In this document: positions 63,374 through 64,000 of the stretch, one piece after another
Position numbering within the stretch: position 1 is the stretch's first letter
Layout of the letters: each line of letters opens with the position of its first letter
NCBI RefSeq assembly: GCF_016432865.1
Contig: NC_067403.1
Location: forward strand, 254,014,001 to 254,078,000
Origin: Antechinus flavipes
Taxonomy: Eukaryota
Reading direction: 5' to 3'
Length of the DNA: 64,000 bases
The notes under the pieces: model-generated
Databases searched by the model: none
Seen by the model: only the letters and a program-made list of their open reading frames with translations
Told to the model about the DNA's origin: nothing
Translations under genes and position numbers: made by a program

Positions 63374-63860
63374 CAGCGGCTGGACCGGCAGAAGTCTCCG
63401 GTCTCTCGGAGTCGGTCGTCTTCCCCCCCATCCCCGCCCCACCGAGAGACGGCCGCCCTCGGCCCCAGCGTTTTCCCAGCCTCATCCGGGTCGTCTCCTA
63501 CCTCCGCGTCGCTGTCTGCTGCCGCCGCCTCCGCCGCGCGGGCTGATACCGCTTCTTCCCCGGGGACCGAGTAAGGGAAACGCGACCAGAGACCAGAGGC
63601 TGACACGTCACCTAGGCGTGGCCCCGCCCCCAAATGACGGCAGTGCGCCGTCACGCCCACTCGCCGACGCCGGTGGCCACACCCCCGCAACAGTGAGGGC
63701 CTCGCCCACTCGCCCGAAAGGATCCTTGGCCACGCCCCCTCACATCACCAGGCCACGCCTACTCGCCGACTTAATCCCACCCATAAGCCACGCCTCCCCG
63801 TAAGGAAATCCACGGCGCCACGCCCCCTTGAGTTACATCACCGCCTCCGGAGGACCCTTA
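63374..63860 (-). promoter_or_regulatory. STX5 non-coding exon 1 (~63560-63374) and CpG promoter
   Basis: Donor CTG|GTGAGC at 63374/63373, CpG-rich, with a cluster of CACGCCC-type boxes at 63615-63830. The acceptor of the ATG-bearing exon is at 61192/61193. Confidence 0.65.
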
Positions 63861-64000
63861 AAGGGCTCGCGGAGGCTTCGGGAGTCCGTCGAACCAGAAA
63901 TCCTCCCATTTTACCCAGGGGAAACTGAAGCCCCGGCCCTCTTTCCTCCTCCCCAACCCCAGCCAAGAGTGAGGCAGGCACCATCTCTAGGCTCTAGGTC

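Overview
Eukaryotic, GC-rich, gene-dense genomic DNA from a marsupial, probably a dasyurid. This assignment is inferred from marsupial-type tRNA-derived SINEs, L1 3' ends and a BovB-like RTE. The window is syntenic with human 11q12.3. By hand I reconstructed intact multi-exon genes for POLR2G (+), TAF6L (+), TMEM179B (+), TMEM223 (-), NXF1 (-) and STX5 (-). Upstream of POLR2G, where I know of no such gene in human or mouse, sits a 9-exon PLD3/PLD4-like gene (1528-9455, +). It has a type II membrane anchor and two intact HxKxxxxD motifs, but one apparent 1-nt frameshift just after the Kozak ATG. Other notable items: a retroviral-type CTE in NXF1 intron 10 with a homopolymer shift that alters the short-NXF1 tail; an inverted partial duplicate of the STX5 last-exon acceptor inside STX5 intron 9; tandem amplification of the TAF6L stop region, which doubles as the TMEM179B promoter; an 11-copy 41-bp ETS-motif VNTR in STX5; and nested BovB/LTR/L1 insertions in NXF1 intron 1. 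There is a 533-nt assembly gap at 17059-17591. Most ORFs in the supplied track are artefacts of high GC content. Comparisons to human proteins and repeat consensus sequences are from memory, not from searches.
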